Positions 36,393 through 47,092 of a stretch of 64,000 bases of DNA are shown piece after piece. Origin of the DNA: Escherichia phage KarlGJung. The stretch lies in the sequence record MZ501089, one strand, 5' to 3'. Both the position numbers and the translations under genes were made by a program. The stretch's first letter is position 1; the number at the start of each line of letters is the position of its first letter. The notes below the pieces were generated by a model. That model was given only the letters and a program-made list of their open reading frames with translations. It did no database searches and was not told the DNA's origin.

Positions 36393-39089
36393 TCAGCCAA
36401 ACAGGAAGTCTAACGAAGCTTTTTCTTCATAGTCCATGCCAGCCGATTCACACATACCCGCAAGCGGTTTAACAAACGATTTTTGGAACAAAGTTGAGTA
36501 GTCAATCCAAGACAGTACGTCAGAACGAATTTCTTTTGGAAGTTCTGTACCCGACGGCCAAGCAATGCATTTGTCACCAAATGGATTTCCTTCACGCAAT
36601 GGAAGAACCATTACTTTATTTCCATCCAAAATTGGAGCTACACCTAAACCGCTAACAGCTCGACGATAAGTTAGCACACCACGAATATGGAACGGACATT
36701 TAAATCCTGGCCAACCTTTATCATCATATTTCGCTATATCGTTCGCAGTTTTTACTTCAGCAATAACTTTATAGTCAAGTTGACGATATTCTTTCTCGAA
36801 GTTCTTGTAATATTCTTGGACAGACTCTTCACCTTCCTGAAGAATACGACGAATACTTTCTTCGAGAGCTTCTTGGACCGCTTTAGGCGTTGAACTCTGC
36901 TGAGTTTCCATACCCATGATTTTTAGATGTGGTTCAGCAAAACGCTTATCTTCCATATCATAAACGTTCAGAGCATAACGCTTTTTCGCTTTCCAAAATC
37001 CACCAACGCCCTTTGAACCAAGTGGAGGGCAAGAAATAGCTTCACGGTCCATATGCATCAGATGCTCGCGGTTATTCATATAATCACATAACTCACGATA
37101 TGCAACATCAATCATAGGTTCCATCTTTTTCTTACCGAACTGATTCATAAATTCAACCAAATCGTTCTGCTCTTTGAATCGGTCAAGACCAACTTTTTCA
37201 ATAACTTTATCTACACAAACATATACCGAATCAGTATCACCTGCTGCGATGAAATCTTCGCCATTAGTTCCACATACTTTATTCAGATACTCATTAATTT
37301 TACGAGCAATCCACTGAATACCAACTTGGCCGAAAATTGTGATAGCAGTAGCATTTCGCAAATCATAGTAACGGAAATGAATATTACCAAGAGCACCATA
37401 AAGGCTGTTAATAAGAATTTTACGGTTCAGCTGATTTGTATTAGCAAGTGTAGCCGCTTTTTCACATTCTTCAATCAAACTATTGAGAACAGATTCAGTA
37501 TAATTCGATAGTTCATTTAAGAAATCATCACTGAACTTAACATATCGTTTAACTTCAGGTTTAGTTGAACAAGACCCTGCGCCTTTCATAATAATCTTTT
37601 TAATAGCTTCGGCATTCATTTCTTCAGCGAACATTTTCTTTTTCCAATCTTTACGCTGGAAAAATACTTTAGCGATTTCCTTTGGAATGATACCTTCTTG
37701 ATGCTTATCATACATCCATCCATTCGGAGAACAAGAATATTCATCACTCGGTTTAGGAGCTGTTCCTGCGATATATTCATGAATTGGATGAACTTTAAAC
37801 TGACCACGAATAGTCTCAGGACTAATGTTAACCTGACGAATAATGCTAGGATACAGAGACGTCAAGTCAAAACTCATAATATATCGACGAGCAATTGGTT
37901 TAGGTTCAAACACAAATGCACCCGGAAAACTTTGTTTAACGTGCGAACCTTGTTGAGGAATAACCTTATGTTCACCTTTCAATGAGTTAAAAATAATAGC
38001 ATCCCAAGTTTTAATAGGACTCATTACACCGGAAAAAGGCATTTTAGCGTAATAAGACATACTTAAAACTAGATCGATAAACCCGCGAATTTTATCAATT
38101 GCTTGAACTGATTCTACGTCAATGATGTTATAACTGATATATCGTTGATGATTAGTCTCACGAAGTTTATTAATAGGACCATCGTACGGTAATTTACCTT
38201 TTTTGGTTTCATGCTGAGCAACTGATTCCAAAGAGAATGACGGCAAATTAGTAAATGCGAATTTCTTATACAAATCTAAATAATCAAGAATAGATACGCC
38301 ATCAATAGAATAAATTTCTTTGCTACCGTACATATTTTGAATTAGTTTAGATTTTACTCGACCGATTGGAGAGAAGCGTTTCATACTACGTTCACCGAGA
38401 ACCATTTTAACACGATTCATGATATACGGAACGTCAAATCCCTCAATATTCCAACCAGTAAAAATAGCAGGTCGTTTCTGTTCCCAGAGATTAATATATT
38501 CCATGAGCATATCACGCTCATTATCAAATGGCATATAAATTACTCGGTCAAGAATTTCTTGAGGAACTTCATCACCACCTTCACAGTCAAGCTTAGCAGC
38601 TAACTTTGCATCCCATTTTGATACTGAACCGTACATTGAATTCAAAAGGTCGAAAACATAAAAACGATCATCAATTGAATCGTAATGAGTGATAGCATCA
38701 ATTTCATATTCAGCTTTCATTGGGTCAGGAAATTTATCACCAGTAACCTCAATGTCACAGTTAGCTACACGAACAAATTTTCGGTCATAAACAATTTCTG
38801 AACCATACGTATCACTGATATAAGCGAGTTTAAAATCGTTCATACCGAGAGCTTCGAGACCGATGTCTTCCATTCGCTTCATCCAATCTCGAGCATCTTT
38901 CATTGATGGAAATTTTTGAGGAGCGCAATTTTTACCATAGATGTCTTTGTACTTTGACTCTTCCTTACAATGTCTAAACATAGTTGGAAGATATTCTACT
39001 TCGCGAGTACGTTCCTTTCCATTTTCATCAATATAACGTTCAACAATGTTATTTCCGACTGTTTCGATAGAGATATAAAATTCTTTCAT
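36393..39089 (-). CDS. 43: DNA polymerase gp43 (family B)
   Basis: 898 aa MKEFYISIETVGNNIVERYIDENGKERTREVEYLPTMFRHCKEESKYKDIYG...; exo motifs FDIET-like, pol motifs DTDS. Confidence 0.95.
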   Translation of the reverse strand: MKEFYISIETVGNNIVERYIDENGKERTREVEYLPTMFRHCKEESKYKDIYGKNCAPQKFPSMKDARDWMKRMEDIGLEALGMNDFKLAYISDTYGSEIVYDRKFVRVANCDIEVTGDKFPDPMKAEYEIDAITHYDSIDDRFYVFDLLNSMYGSVSKWDAKLAAKLDCEGGDEVPQEILDRVIYMPFDNERDMLMEYINLWEQKRPAIFTGWNIEGFDVPYIMNRVKMVLGERSMKRFSPIGRVKSKLIQNMYGSKEIYSIDGVSILDYLDLYKKFAFTNLPSFSLESVAQHETKKGKLPYDGPINKLRETNHQRYISYNIIDVESVQAIDKIRGFIDLVLSMSYYAKMPFSGVMSPIKTWDAIIFNSLKGEHKVIPQQGSHVKQSFPGAFVFEPKPIARRYIMSFDLTSLYPSIIRQVNISPETIRGQFKVHPIHEYIAGTAPKPSDEYSCSPNGWMYDKHQEGIIPKEIAKVFFQRKDWKKKMFAEEMNAEAIKKIIMKGAGSCSTKPEVKRYVKFSDDFLNELSNYTESVLNSLIEECEKAATLANTNQLNRKILINSLYGALGNIHFRYYDLRNATAITIFGQVGIQWIARKINEYLNKVCGTNGEDFIAAGDTDSVYVCVDKVIEKVGLDRFKEQNDLVEFMNQFGKKKMEPMIDVAYRELCDYMNNREHLMHMDREAISCPPLGSKGVGGFWKAKKRYALNVYDMEDKRFAEPHLKIMGMETQQSSTPKAVQEALEESIRRILQEGEESVQEYYKNFEKEYRQLDYKVIAEVKTANDIAKYDDKGWPGFKCPFHIRGVLTYRRAVSGLGVAPILDGNKVMVLPLREGNPFGDKCIAWPSGTELPKEIRSDVLSWIDYSTLFQKSFVKPLAGMCESAGMDYEEKASLDFLFG

Positions 39090-39147
39090 AGATATTCCTT
39101 AGTTTATAGCCCGAGTTATTAGGCTCTTGATATATTATACTCCAAAT

Positions 39148-39165
39148 AAGGGGCCGAAGCCCCTT
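39148..39165 (-). other. UUCG-tetraloop hairpin between regA and gene 43
   Basis: aaggggc-cgaa-gcccctt. Confidence 0.5.
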
Positions 39166-39167
39166 GC

Positions 39168-39536
39168 TTAATTACCAATCGTATATTTAGGAACGAGTTT
39201 CCATTCATGTTTTTGTTTAAAAGAAATAACTCGGAAGTTATTAGTTAAATCTTTCATAAAAGTTCTTTGTCCAGGAACGATTTCAATCAGTCCCCAATCT
39301 TCTAACAGCCATGCAATCGAATCACGACGAACTTCATCTTCTTCTGTCATTTCAACTTGACGGCCATCCATACGAAGCATTTCTTTAAAATGAACGATAT
39401 AGTATAGTCCTTTTTTCTGAAGAATATGACAGGACTGATACAGAACTTTATCTTTATTATTAGCAATTCCCATACGAGTCAAAGTTTCTTTTACTTTCAG
39501 AAAATCTTCAGGTTTTTTAAGAGTAATTTCAATCAT
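39168..39536 (-). CDS. regA: Translational repressor RegA
   Basis: 122 aa MIEITLKKPEDFLKVKETLTRMGIANNKDKVLYQSCHILQKKGLYYIVHFKEMLRMDGRQ... Confidence 0.9.
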   Translation of the reverse strand: MIEITLKKPEDFLKVKETLTRMGIANNKDKVLYQSCHILQKKGLYYIVHFKEMLRMDGRQVEMTEEDEVRRDSIAWLLEDWGLIEIVPGQRTFMKDLTNNFRVISFKQKHEWKLVPKYTIGN

Positions 39537-39537
39537 T

Positions 39538-40101
39538 TTACCATTCCAATGCTAGTTTTTTGAGTTGTTTCTGTTCTTTTACGTTCTTAGTCACTTCTTT
39601 CAAAAAATCATCCGTGACTAATCCTTTAAGTTCTTTTAATACTAAAGGTAGTTTTCCATTTTTAGTAAGAATTGATTTATAGTTAATTGCATCATTTGTA
39701 TTAACTTGATACCGTTTAGCAAGTAACTTAATAATCAATACTTCGGTAGAATCTTCAACCAGTTTTGCCCATTTACCATATCTTTTACCACGAGGAACTG
39801 CAGCCATTAGATAATTAAAATGGGCTTCATCACTTAAGCCTGATCCAATTAAATTCATAGCATATACAGCTGGCATGCACTCTGGAAATTGTGATAATGC
39901 ATTTTCAACCATGAATTTTGAATAATCTTTTTGAGCAATAGAGCATTTAGTTTTATTATTAATAGCTCCAATTATTTCAAAAAACTCATTTTCAGCTTTT
40001 TCTTTAAAAGAATCAGCAGCGGATTGGACAGCTGTCCAATCTTTTGAATACCAAGCAACTTGATGCTCGTTTAATTGAATATCATCTTCAAATAAGCTCA
40101 T
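39538..40101 (-). CDS. 62: Clamp loader small subunit gp62
   Basis: Track ORF 39538..40122 (GTG) trimmed to ATG: [45 protein letters not shown]... 187 aa. Confidence 0.85.
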   Translation of the reverse strand: MSLFEDDIQLNEHQVAWYSKDWTAVQSAADSFKEKAENEFFEIIGAINNKTKCSIAQKDYSKFMVENALSQFPECMPAVYAMNLIGSGLSDEAHFNYLMAAVPRGKRYGKWAKLVEDSTEVLIIKLLAKRYQVNTNDAINYKSILTKNGKLPLVLKELKGLVTDDFLKEVTKNVKEQKQLKKLALEW

Positions 40102-40102
40102 A

Positions 40103-41062
40103 TCACTTCCACTGCATTTCACATGCTAACTGAATGAAAAGATAAGCTAGATGCAATTCAGTATTAGCTGCAATACCATGATACTGGTTATTTTCACCAA
40201 CAATTTCATACATACGAATAATACTTTGCGGAGTTACGCGTGTATAGATTTCTTCGGCAAGTTTACCCACGAACCACGAATAATCAGCTGCATATTTTGG
40301 TGCTAAAGCTCTGAGTTGTTTAACATCTTTATTTTTGAGAGACTCAAGAACATCATCAATAGCACCACGATCGTTAGTAACCAGTGATAAAATACCAGCA
40401 TCCAAAACACCTTTAGATGAATAACTATCGAGCTCGCCAATAGTTTTACGAAAATCAGGAAAATTCTTTTTAACCAAAGCTGCTACAACTTTCATATCAG
40501 CTATAGCAATACCTTCATGTTTACAGATTTCGGTCAACCGACGAATCATCTGCTTCATCATTTCAATTTTATCTTCATCGGTCGGTTGACCGAATGTGAT
40601 AACTCGGCAGCGTGACTGAAGCGGTTTAATAATACCATCAATATTGTTAGCAGTAATAATAATACTACAGTTTGAGCTGTAAGCTTCCATAAAGGAACGA
40701 AGATGTCGCTGAGATTCTGCTAAACCTGAACGGTCAAATTCATCAATAACGATTACTTTTTGACGACCATCAAATGAAGCGGCGCTGGCAAAATTAGTCA
40801 AAGGACCACGAACGAAATCAATTTTACAATCTGACCCATTCACAAACATCATATCAGCATTTACATCATGACACAATGCTTTTGCTACAGTTGTTTTACC
40901 TGTTCCTGGAGAAGGAGAATGAAGAATAATATGTGGAATCTTACCTTTACTTGTAATAGATTTAAAGGTTTCTTTATCAAAGGCGGGAAGAATACATTCA
41001 TCGATAGTAGATGGACGATATTTCTGTTCAAGAATGTGTTCTTTTTCATTTACGGTAATCAT
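40103..41062 (-). CDS. 44: Clamp loader ATPase gp44 (AAA+)
   Basis: Track ORF 40103..41077 (TTG) trimmed to ATG: [58 protein letters not shown] 319 aa. Confidence 0.9.
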   Translation of the reverse strand: MITVNEKEHILEQKYRPSTIDECILPAFDKETFKSITSKGKIPHIILHSPSPGTGKTTVAKALCHDVNADMMFVNGSDCKIDFVRGPLTNFASAASFDGRQKVIVIDEFDRSGLAESQRHLRSFMEAYSSNCSIIITANNIDGIIKPLQSRCRVITFGQPTDEDKIEMMKQMIRRLTEICKHEGIAIADMKVVAALVKKNFPDFRKTIGELDSYSSKGVLDAGILSLVTNDRGAIDDVLESLKNKDVKQLRALAPKYAADYSWFVGKLAEEIYTRVTPQSIIRMYEIVGENNQYHGIAANTELHLAYLFIQLACEMQWK

Positions 41063-41096
41063 AATTTCCTCATTCAAGTTTTAGTGTAAATTATAA

Positions 41097-41110
41097 AGGG
41101 CCGAAGCCCT
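41097..41110 (-). other. UUCG-tetraloop hairpin between genes 45 and 44
   Basis: agggc-cgaa-gccct. Confidence 0.5.
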
Positions 41111-41113
41111 CTA

Positions 41114-41800
41114 TTAAAAATCGTGGGTAGAATCAGCTTCAAGAGCTACTACATAATTCGCATGTTCACCTTCAAATTTAGCAGCGCCTTGTTTACCTTT
41201 TGCCCAGAGCAGAAGTTTATAATTTCCTGGTTGCATTTTCATATTTGCCATATTGATAATGAAATTAAATGTGTTTTCACCATCATAATCACCAAGAGTC
41301 AAAGAATATTTAACACGAGTCAAAGCAGAATCTTCTACTTTATTAAAACCGTTAATTACGATTTTACCTTCTTTTACTGTGATAGCAATTGTATCAATCT
41401 GCAGACCGCGAGATACACGCAACAGCTGTTGAAGGTCTTCAGCTTTAATTTCGGTAACAACAGATGCTACCGGGAATGGAATTGGTTTATTAGGAGCAAC
41501 TACTGTACTCGGATCGGCTGCTGGCCAAAAAATTGTTGAACGGGCATCAGCAATTTTAATATTTCCATCTTCTGACTGGGAAATTTCTGCATCATCATTA
41601 ACTAGAGACAGAATACCGAGAAAACCGTTCAAATCGTAAATTGCTACATCAAAATCAATAGTGTCAGAAATATTTGCTTCCGCGTAAGTTGTACCATTAA
41701 CTGCGCGAGTCATAATAAATTGACCGGATTTAAGCATAATACCAGAGTTAATAGTAGCGAAATTTTTGAGCAGAGCAGTAGTATCTTTAGACAGTTTCAT
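41114..41800 (-). CDS. 45: Sliding clamp gp45
   Basis: 228 aa MKLSKDTTALLKNFATINSGIMLKSGQFIMTRAVNGTTYAEANISDTIDFDVAIYDLNGFLG... Confidence 0.9.
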   Translation of the reverse strand: MKLSKDTTALLKNFATINSGIMLKSGQFIMTRAVNGTTYAEANISDTIDFDVAIYDLNGFLGILSLVNDDAEISQSEDGNIKIADARSTIFWPAADPSTVVAPNKPIPFPVASVVTEIKAEDLQQLLRVSRGLQIDTIAITVKEGKIVINGFNKVEDSALTRVKYSLTLGDYDGENTFNFIINMANMKMQPGNYKLLLWAKGKQGAAKFEGEHANYVVALEADSTHDF

Positions 41801-41855
41801 GTAATTTCCTTCAATTCAAATGAGATTTAATTTTATAACTAATTTAATAAAGCAA

Positions 41856-42245
41856 TTAACGATTAAAATCAGCCGCAATTGTTTCCGCAACAATTTGAGC
41901 AGCAACAATTAGACGTTCATCTGCATTACCGCAATAATCATCTTCAAGACGTTCACCACATGAAGTCATAATAAATTTAGCACCGGCGTTTAGGGATTCT
42001 GTAGTATGTTTGCGCATTAGTTCAATCCATTTATTACTTACTTCACGATCGATAGCTTCATAATATGCATGACGAGCAGGTGCAGATTTAATTTTGTTCT
42101 GAATAACTTCCATTGCGTTATCAGAAAGAGACAAAACCCATGCTCGACGAATTTTATTTTGGTTTTGTGGATTTGATTCAGAACGCACGTGTTTTGGCTG
42201 AATATCTTTTACATCAACAGTATAATTCACAGTAATTTTAGTCAT
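41856..42245 (-). CDS. rpbA: RNA polymerase-binding protein RpbA-like
   Basis: 129 aa; size and position between 45 and 46 as T4 rpbA; identity not verified. Confidence 0.5.
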
Positions 42246-42254
42246 AATACACCT

Positions 42255-42443
42255 TTAGTCATAATAATCAGTAACAGTCCAAGCTTCATTTCTATTGGAC
42301 ATTATTTTTGTATATTCTGCTTTAAATGCATTCCTAAGCATAGATTCAGTAACTATATGCTCTTCATTAGAAAAATTATTTCTCAGAATATATCGTTTTA
42401 TTTCAGGAATAGTTAATAGATGCTGTCCGGTTGAATATTCCAT
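42255..42443 (-). CDS. Hypothetical protein, 62 aa
   Basis: Track ORF. Confidence 0.4.
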   Translation of the reverse strand: MEYSTGQHLLTIPEIKRYILRNNFSNEEHIVTESMLRNAFKAEYTKIMSNRNEAWTVTDYYD

Positions 42444-42498
42444 GTTTTTCCTCCATAGAGATTATACTCTAATAAATTAAAGCATAATCTCTTATAAA

Positions 42499-44181
42499 TT
42501 AAACCATTACAGTAAATCGACCAACTTTCTTCATTTGAAGATGCTGACCATATGCTTGTGGGTCATGGTCTCTATGCGAAATAACAAAAACATTAGTATT
42601 TTTTAAACTATCTAAAATAGTTGAAATAGCTTTTACACCTTCAACATCGGTCGCTGAATCAAAAACTTCGTCAAGAATTAACGTGTTTATTTTAACACCT
42701 GAAACTTTTTCAGCAATATCACGCCAAGTAAATAAAAGAGCAATATCAATTCGTGCTTTTTCACCTTGACTGAATGAAGCATAACTAAAATCTTCACGAC
42801 CACGGGATTTAATTGTCTCATTAAATTCTTCATCTAATGTAAACACATAATCCGCTTCCATTATTTTAAGATAATGGTTAATCTGCTTATTAAATAATGG
42901 AATGTACTTTTTAATAATAGCACCTTTAATACCAGAATCTTTGAGCATATCAGTCAAAATTCCTCGGTGGTATTTTTCCATTACTAAATTAGTTTTTGTC
43001 TTAACAATTTTATCAAGTTCTTCTTGAAGCAGTGCTATTTCATCAGCATGGTCAATAAACTCAGAAGATGCTTTTTCTATAGCCGCTTTAACTTTTTTAG
43101 CTTTATCTACCGTCGTGATTAGAGATTGCTTTTTATTGCGAATATCATTTGCCAACGACTGTTGGGTTTTAATATTATCTCGGTATTCATCAACAAGAAC
43201 TTTTAAATTATCACGATGTGTTGAAAGCTGTTCAAACGAATGCGTACATTCAGAAACTTTATCTTTAATTTTAGAAACAACTTTATCACCGGAACTCAAT
43301 TGTGACAAACAGGTTGGACATAATCCACCTTCGTGATACATATTAATGACTTTATTATACGAGTCAATTTTTGATTTAATTAAAACTGCTTCTTGACCGA
43401 TTTTATTAAATGCATCAGTCGGGTCTTCATCTAAAACAATATTAACTAATCTTTCGTTAGCTTCTTCTATTTCCGATTTTAGCGTTCTAGCTTCTTTTGC
43501 CAAATCATCATACATATTTTGCAGACGAGTAAGGTTGTCACCAGTTAATTTTTTCTGGCGTTCAACATTATCATTATATATTTTAATTTGTTGAATAATA
43601 CTATCTTTTTTAACATCAAGCACTTGATTCTGCGAATTTAATTCACGTATTAGTGCTTTATTAAGCTTATCCATTTCAGCTAATGTTCCTACCTCAAGCA
43701 GGTCTTCTACAAGCTTTCTTCGCGCAGGGGTCGACAAACCCATGAAAGGGGTATACCCTGCTGTACCAAGGACAACAATCTGCTTGAAACTGGCATATGA
43801 CATTCCGATAAGCTGTTCAAATTCTGCTTGGAAATCTTTACTGCTGGCAGATTCATTAAGACGTGTACCGTTAACGGTGATTTCGAAAACGTTTGGTTTT
43901 TGTCCTCTTTTGATATAGTACTTTTTCTCATCATATTCCATCCACAGTTCAACTAAAAGTTCTTTCTTATTTGTGCTGTTTATTAATTGACCTTTCTTTA
44001 CATCGCGAAATGGCTTGCCAAAAAGCCCAAATGTGATGGCTTCTAGCATAGTAGACTTACCACCGCCATTTCGTCCAGTAATAAGAGTTTTTTGAACCTT
44101 ATCTAATTGAATGTCAATAGGATTTCCACCTACTGACATTATATTTTGATACCTAACTCGGTTTAGTTTAAAATTCTTCAC
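42499..44181 (-). CDS. 46: Recombination/repair ATPase gp46 (Rad50/SbcC-like)
   Basis: 560 aa; Walker A GRNGGGKST, coiled-coil middle with CPTC zinc hook, C-terminal ABC signature; apparent GTG start overlapping upstream TGA. Confidence 0.85.
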   Translation of the reverse strand: MKNFKLNRVRYQNIMSVGGNPIDIQLDKVQKTLITGRNGGGKSTMLEAITFGLFGKPFRDVKKGQLINSTNKKELLVELWMEYDEKKYYIKRGQKPNVFEITVNGTRLNESASSKDFQAEFEQLIGMSYASFKQIVVLGTAGYTPFMGLSTPARRKLVEDLLEVGTLAEMDKLNKALIRELNSQNQVLDVKKDSIIQQIKIYNDNVERQKKLTGDNLTRLQNMYDDLAKEARTLKSEIEEANERLVNIVLDEDPTDAFNKIGQEAVLIKSKIDSYNKVINMYHEGGLCPTCLSQLSSGDKVVSKIKDKVSECTHSFEQLSTHRDNLKVLVDEYRDNIKTQQSLANDIRNKKQSLITTVDKAKKVKAAIEKASSEFIDHADEIALLQEELDKIVKTKTNLVMEKYHRGILTDMLKDSGIKGAIIKKYIPLFNKQINHYLKIMEADYVFTLDEEFNETIKSRGREDFSYASFSQGEKARIDIALLFTWRDIAEKVSGVKINTLILDEVFDSATDVEGVKAISTILDSLKNTNVFVISHRDHDPQAYGQHLQMKKVGRFTVMV

Positions 44182-44441
44182 AAAAGATTCCTTTTAATGT
44201 ATCTTTTAGACCATTCTATCATATCATCATAATCTAAAAAGTATTCATCAAATTCAGCCATGCAAACAACGCCTTGTGCTGTTTTTGATGTAATATAAAT
44301 TATTCCAACATATCTAGAATCTTCTTCGGTATAATCAATGTTTGCTATGAATTCATCATTAATGTTAAATGTCGAAAACTTCACAGTATGCATCCTTAAT
44401 ACAAGATACAGCCATATCTCGTAATGATTTAGGTGTGTCAT
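44178..44441 (-). CDS. Hypothetical protein, 87 aa
   Basis: Track ORF between 47 and 46. Confidence 0.45.
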   Translation of the reverse strand: MTHLNHYEIWLYLVLRMHTVKFSTFNINDEFIANIDYTEEDSRYVGIIYITSKTAQGVVCMAEFDEYFLDYDDMIEWSKRYIKRNLL

Positions 44442-44628
44442 TATCTAAAATGTTGAAGTTAAAAGATACAGCCCAGTCAGTGCAGACAGTAACCTTTTTA
44501 ATACAATTATCTTCAACCTCTAACGGTTCAAACCAATATTCAATAATTTCTTTATGCCCAATATCATCTTTTACTTCGCATTCAAAATGTTGACTCATCA
44601 TAACATTTTTAAATTCATCAAAAGTCAT
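44365..44628 (-). CDS. Hypothetical protein, 87 aa (start may be internal)
   Basis: Track ORF; overlaps downstream ORF. Confidence 0.4.
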   Translation of the reverse strand: MTFDEFKNVMMSQHFECEVKDDIGHKEIIEYWFEPLEVEDNCIKKVTVCTDWAVSFNFNILDNDTPKSLRDMAVSCIKDAYCEVFDI

Positions 44629-45644
44629 TGTGTTGCCTCTACATATAACTGATTTGCATATTGAATAAGTGCTTCACGGTCAGAATCAGTGATGTCTGGA
44701 ATTGCATTAATATACTCTTCCATTAATGTCTGAAGCGATTGAACTTCAACTTCTTCACTGTCATCTGACTCGACAGAGTTATCAATCTTTGACACAACTC
44801 GTAATGAATGCACAACTTTTTCTAGTTCAGATTCGAACTTCGTTAGATTTTTGTCTACTTCAGTTACTATAACACGTACTGATAGATTTGTAAAATCTTT
44901 ATAGTCAATTTTTCCTTTAAATGGATAATGAATTCTGCGATGCCAAGTAGTGTTGTTTGGAATAAATTCCATTCGTTCTGTTTCTGTATCAAACATCCAG
45001 AACCCGCGAGGGTCATTCTCGTCACCTGCAGTTAGTGTCCATGGTGTCCCAATATATCTGACATTTGCAGCCTCAGAGATAGTATGGAAGTGACCAGACC
45101 ACACCTCTTTATAAGTCTTAAGGAAATCAGGTTCAAGACCGTGAGATTTCATTCCTTTATAAAAATAAAATCCATTCAGCTCCCAGTGACCAACACAAAA
45201 AGAAGCAGATGAAGTTTTGATGTGTTCAAGAATTTCACCAGTATTTTCTTCACACATCCAAGGAATTAAATCAATCAAACATCCGTCAAAATCTACTGTA
45301 GTAGGCTTATCATATACTTTAACATTATGATATTTAGCCAAAAGCTCAGTAGAGGCATTTGGAGTTAAAGTATTTTTAAAGTGCATATCATGGTTTCCTA
45401 CAACAGTATGTAGGGTAATACCAGCATCATCAAGCATTTGAACTATTTCACGAGCGAACTCCATAGTTTTATGCGTGATTGCTTTTCGCACATCAAAAAT
45501 ATCGCCGTATTGAATCCAGGTAGTAATTCCATTTTTCTTAGAATATTCTATCGCTTGCTTAATTCCATCCAACTGAATGGATTGAACCCACTCATCATCG
45601 GCTTTAACGCCTAAATGCCAATCACCTAAATTTAAAATTTTCAT
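44625..45644 (-). CDS. 47: Recombination nuclease gp47 (Mre11/SbcD-like)
   Basis: 339 aa MKILNLGDWHLGVKADDEW...; phosphoesterase motifs GDWH, GDIFD, GNHD. Confidence 0.85.
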   Translation of the reverse strand: MKILNLGDWHLGVKADDEWVQSIQLDGIKQAIEYSKKNGITTWIQYGDIFDVRKAITHKTMEFAREIVQMLDDAGITLHTVVGNHDMHFKNTLTPNASTELLAKYHNVKVYDKPTTVDFDGCLIDLIPWMCEENTGEILEHIKTSSASFCVGHWELNGFYFYKGMKSHGLEPDFLKTYKEVWSGHFHTISEAANVRYIGTPWTLTAGDENDPRGFWMFDTETERMEFIPNNTTWHRRIHYPFKGKIDYKDFTNLSVRVIVTEVDKNLTKFESELEKVVHSLRVVSKIDNSVESDDSEEVEVQSLQTLMEEYINAIPDITDSDREALIQYANQLYVEATQ

Positions 45645-45781
45645 ATATCAAGAACCGTCATTGAAATGCAAAATAAAATTATTGAAATAAATCCATCTGG
45701 AGTGCTAAAGAACCCAATCCAACATGCTCTAGTGAATAGATAAAATGCAAGAAAAAGTATCACATATCCAAGAAATATCAT
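45641..45781 (-). CDS. 46 aa membrane peptide translationally coupled to gene 47 (below track cutoff)
   Basis: Hand-translated MIFLGYVILFLAFYLFTRACWIGFFSTPDGFISIILFCISMTVLDI; ATGA overlap. Confidence 0.4.
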   Translation of the reverse strand: MIFLGYVILFLAFYLFTRACWIGFFSTPDGFISIILFCISMTVLDI

Positions 45782-45804
45782 TATATCAAACTCCGTATAA
45801 AGCT

Positions 45805-45822
45805 AAAGGGCCGAAGCCCTTT
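45805..45822 (-). other. UUCG-tetraloop hairpin overlapping the agt stop codon
   Basis: aaagggc-cgaa-gcccttt. Confidence 0.5.
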
Positions 45823-47023
45823 ATTTTGTAATAATGTCAAACTGTTCTTTAAAGCAGAAGCTTGAATCTTGATGCTGATACAAAAATTCATATGCTTTTT
45901 CACGCTCACGGTCATAAAGAGCTCGGTCAGATGACAGTTCTTTAATACGTTCAAATGTTGATTCCATATCATTTTCATCAAACCAAATGATACCGCTATC
46001 ATGCGAGGTCAAAGGAGTATTATCAACACGGAATTTTAAATTTTCGCCAGTAGATTTCCAAAATACCGGAATTGTTCCACATGCACCAAGCTCGAGATGA
46101 GTATATTCTAAAGAGCGCTGTAGATATTTTTTATCCAACTTACTCAACTGATAACCAAATCCGGATTTACTCATACGTTCAAGCATTTCGCTATTTACAT
46201 AACGATCGAGAATTTGCGTTGGTAAATTAGGAGCAATTTTAATTTGGTCTACTTGATGAAGACGATAATACTCGTATGGAATTCCTTTTTCTTTAATAGG
46301 AATGAACGCTGGAGAACGTTCCAGACCTTCCATAATAGTACTTAGTCCTGCAGGTTTAAGATGTTTTTCGTGAAAATCAAACATCTGATAAAAACCTTTC
46401 CATGTAGTCGTACGACCAATCCAACGGTTGACATTCATGTTAATTTCAGAAACATCTTTCCAGTAGGTTGACCGAACCTTCGCAATATCCATAGGAGGCT
46501 GAAAGTTATATACGGTCGGCGCTTCTTCAATATCATCAAACAGAGAAACAGTTTCTGGATACCATTCTTTCATCAGAACTTTATTAAAATCACCATTATC
46601 AGAATGGCTAAAAATAACATCAGCTCGACTAACAGTTTCTTCTAATCCCAAATTTCGACGCAAAGAAAGAGAAGAATGGTCATGTTGATAAACTACAACA
46701 CGAACCGAAGGTTTAATGTTATCAATAATTTTTTTATAGTTATTAATAGTGTCTTCTTCAACTGAAGTAGCAGGAACTGAATTGATAATTAGAATATCAC
46801 AATCATTTACCAGCTTAAGTGTTTTATCGTATTCTTTTGCCAATAAAACCGGAATTGAAAATGATTTATAATCATGTGCACAGTTACGAGTAAATGATTT
46901 ATCTTTAGCATAAACCAAAGTTACTTCATGACCATTTTTAATAAACCAATCACGTTGCTCGAGCGAGAATTTTGTTACACCACAACCTTCAAGACCTCGA
47001 GCCATAAAAATACATACTTTCAT
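45821..47023 (-). CDS. agt: DNA alpha-glucosyltransferase (hmC alpha-glucosylation)
   Basis: 400 aa MKVCIFMARGLEGCGVTKFSLEQRDWFIKNGHEVTLVYAKDKSFTR... Confidence 0.9.
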   Translation of the reverse strand: MKVCIFMARGLEGCGVTKFSLEQRDWFIKNGHEVTLVYAKDKSFTRNCAHDYKSFSIPVLLAKEYDKTLKLVNDCDILIINSVPATSVEEDTINNYKKIIDNIKPSVRVVVYQHDHSSLSLRRNLGLEETVSRADVIFSHSDNGDFNKVLMKEWYPETVSLFDDIEEAPTVYNFQPPMDIAKVRSTYWKDVSEINMNVNRWIGRTTTWKGFYQMFDFHEKHLKPAGLSTIMEGLERSPAFIPIKEKGIPYEYYRLHQVDQIKIAPNLPTQILDRYVNSEMLERMSKSGFGYQLSKLDKKYLQRSLEYTHLELGACGTIPVFWKSTGENLKFRVDNTPLTSHDSGIIWFDENDMESTFERIKELSSDRALYDREREKAYEFLYQHQDSSFCFKEQFDIITK

Positions 47024-47074
47024 TTAATATCCTCTTTGTTTTGGTTTATTTTACCAAAAATTTATAAAGCAATA

Positions 47075-47092
47075 TAGGAGCCGAAGCTCCTA
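47075..47092 (-). other. UUCG-tetraloop hairpin upstream of agt
   Basis: taggagc-cgaa-gctccta. Confidence 0.45.

Noticed and set aside
45781-46002. Track ORF 45781..46002 (73 aa) as a gene
   Set aside because: It overlaps the 3' end of agt out of frame; the supported small gene here is the 46 aa ORF at 45641..45781.
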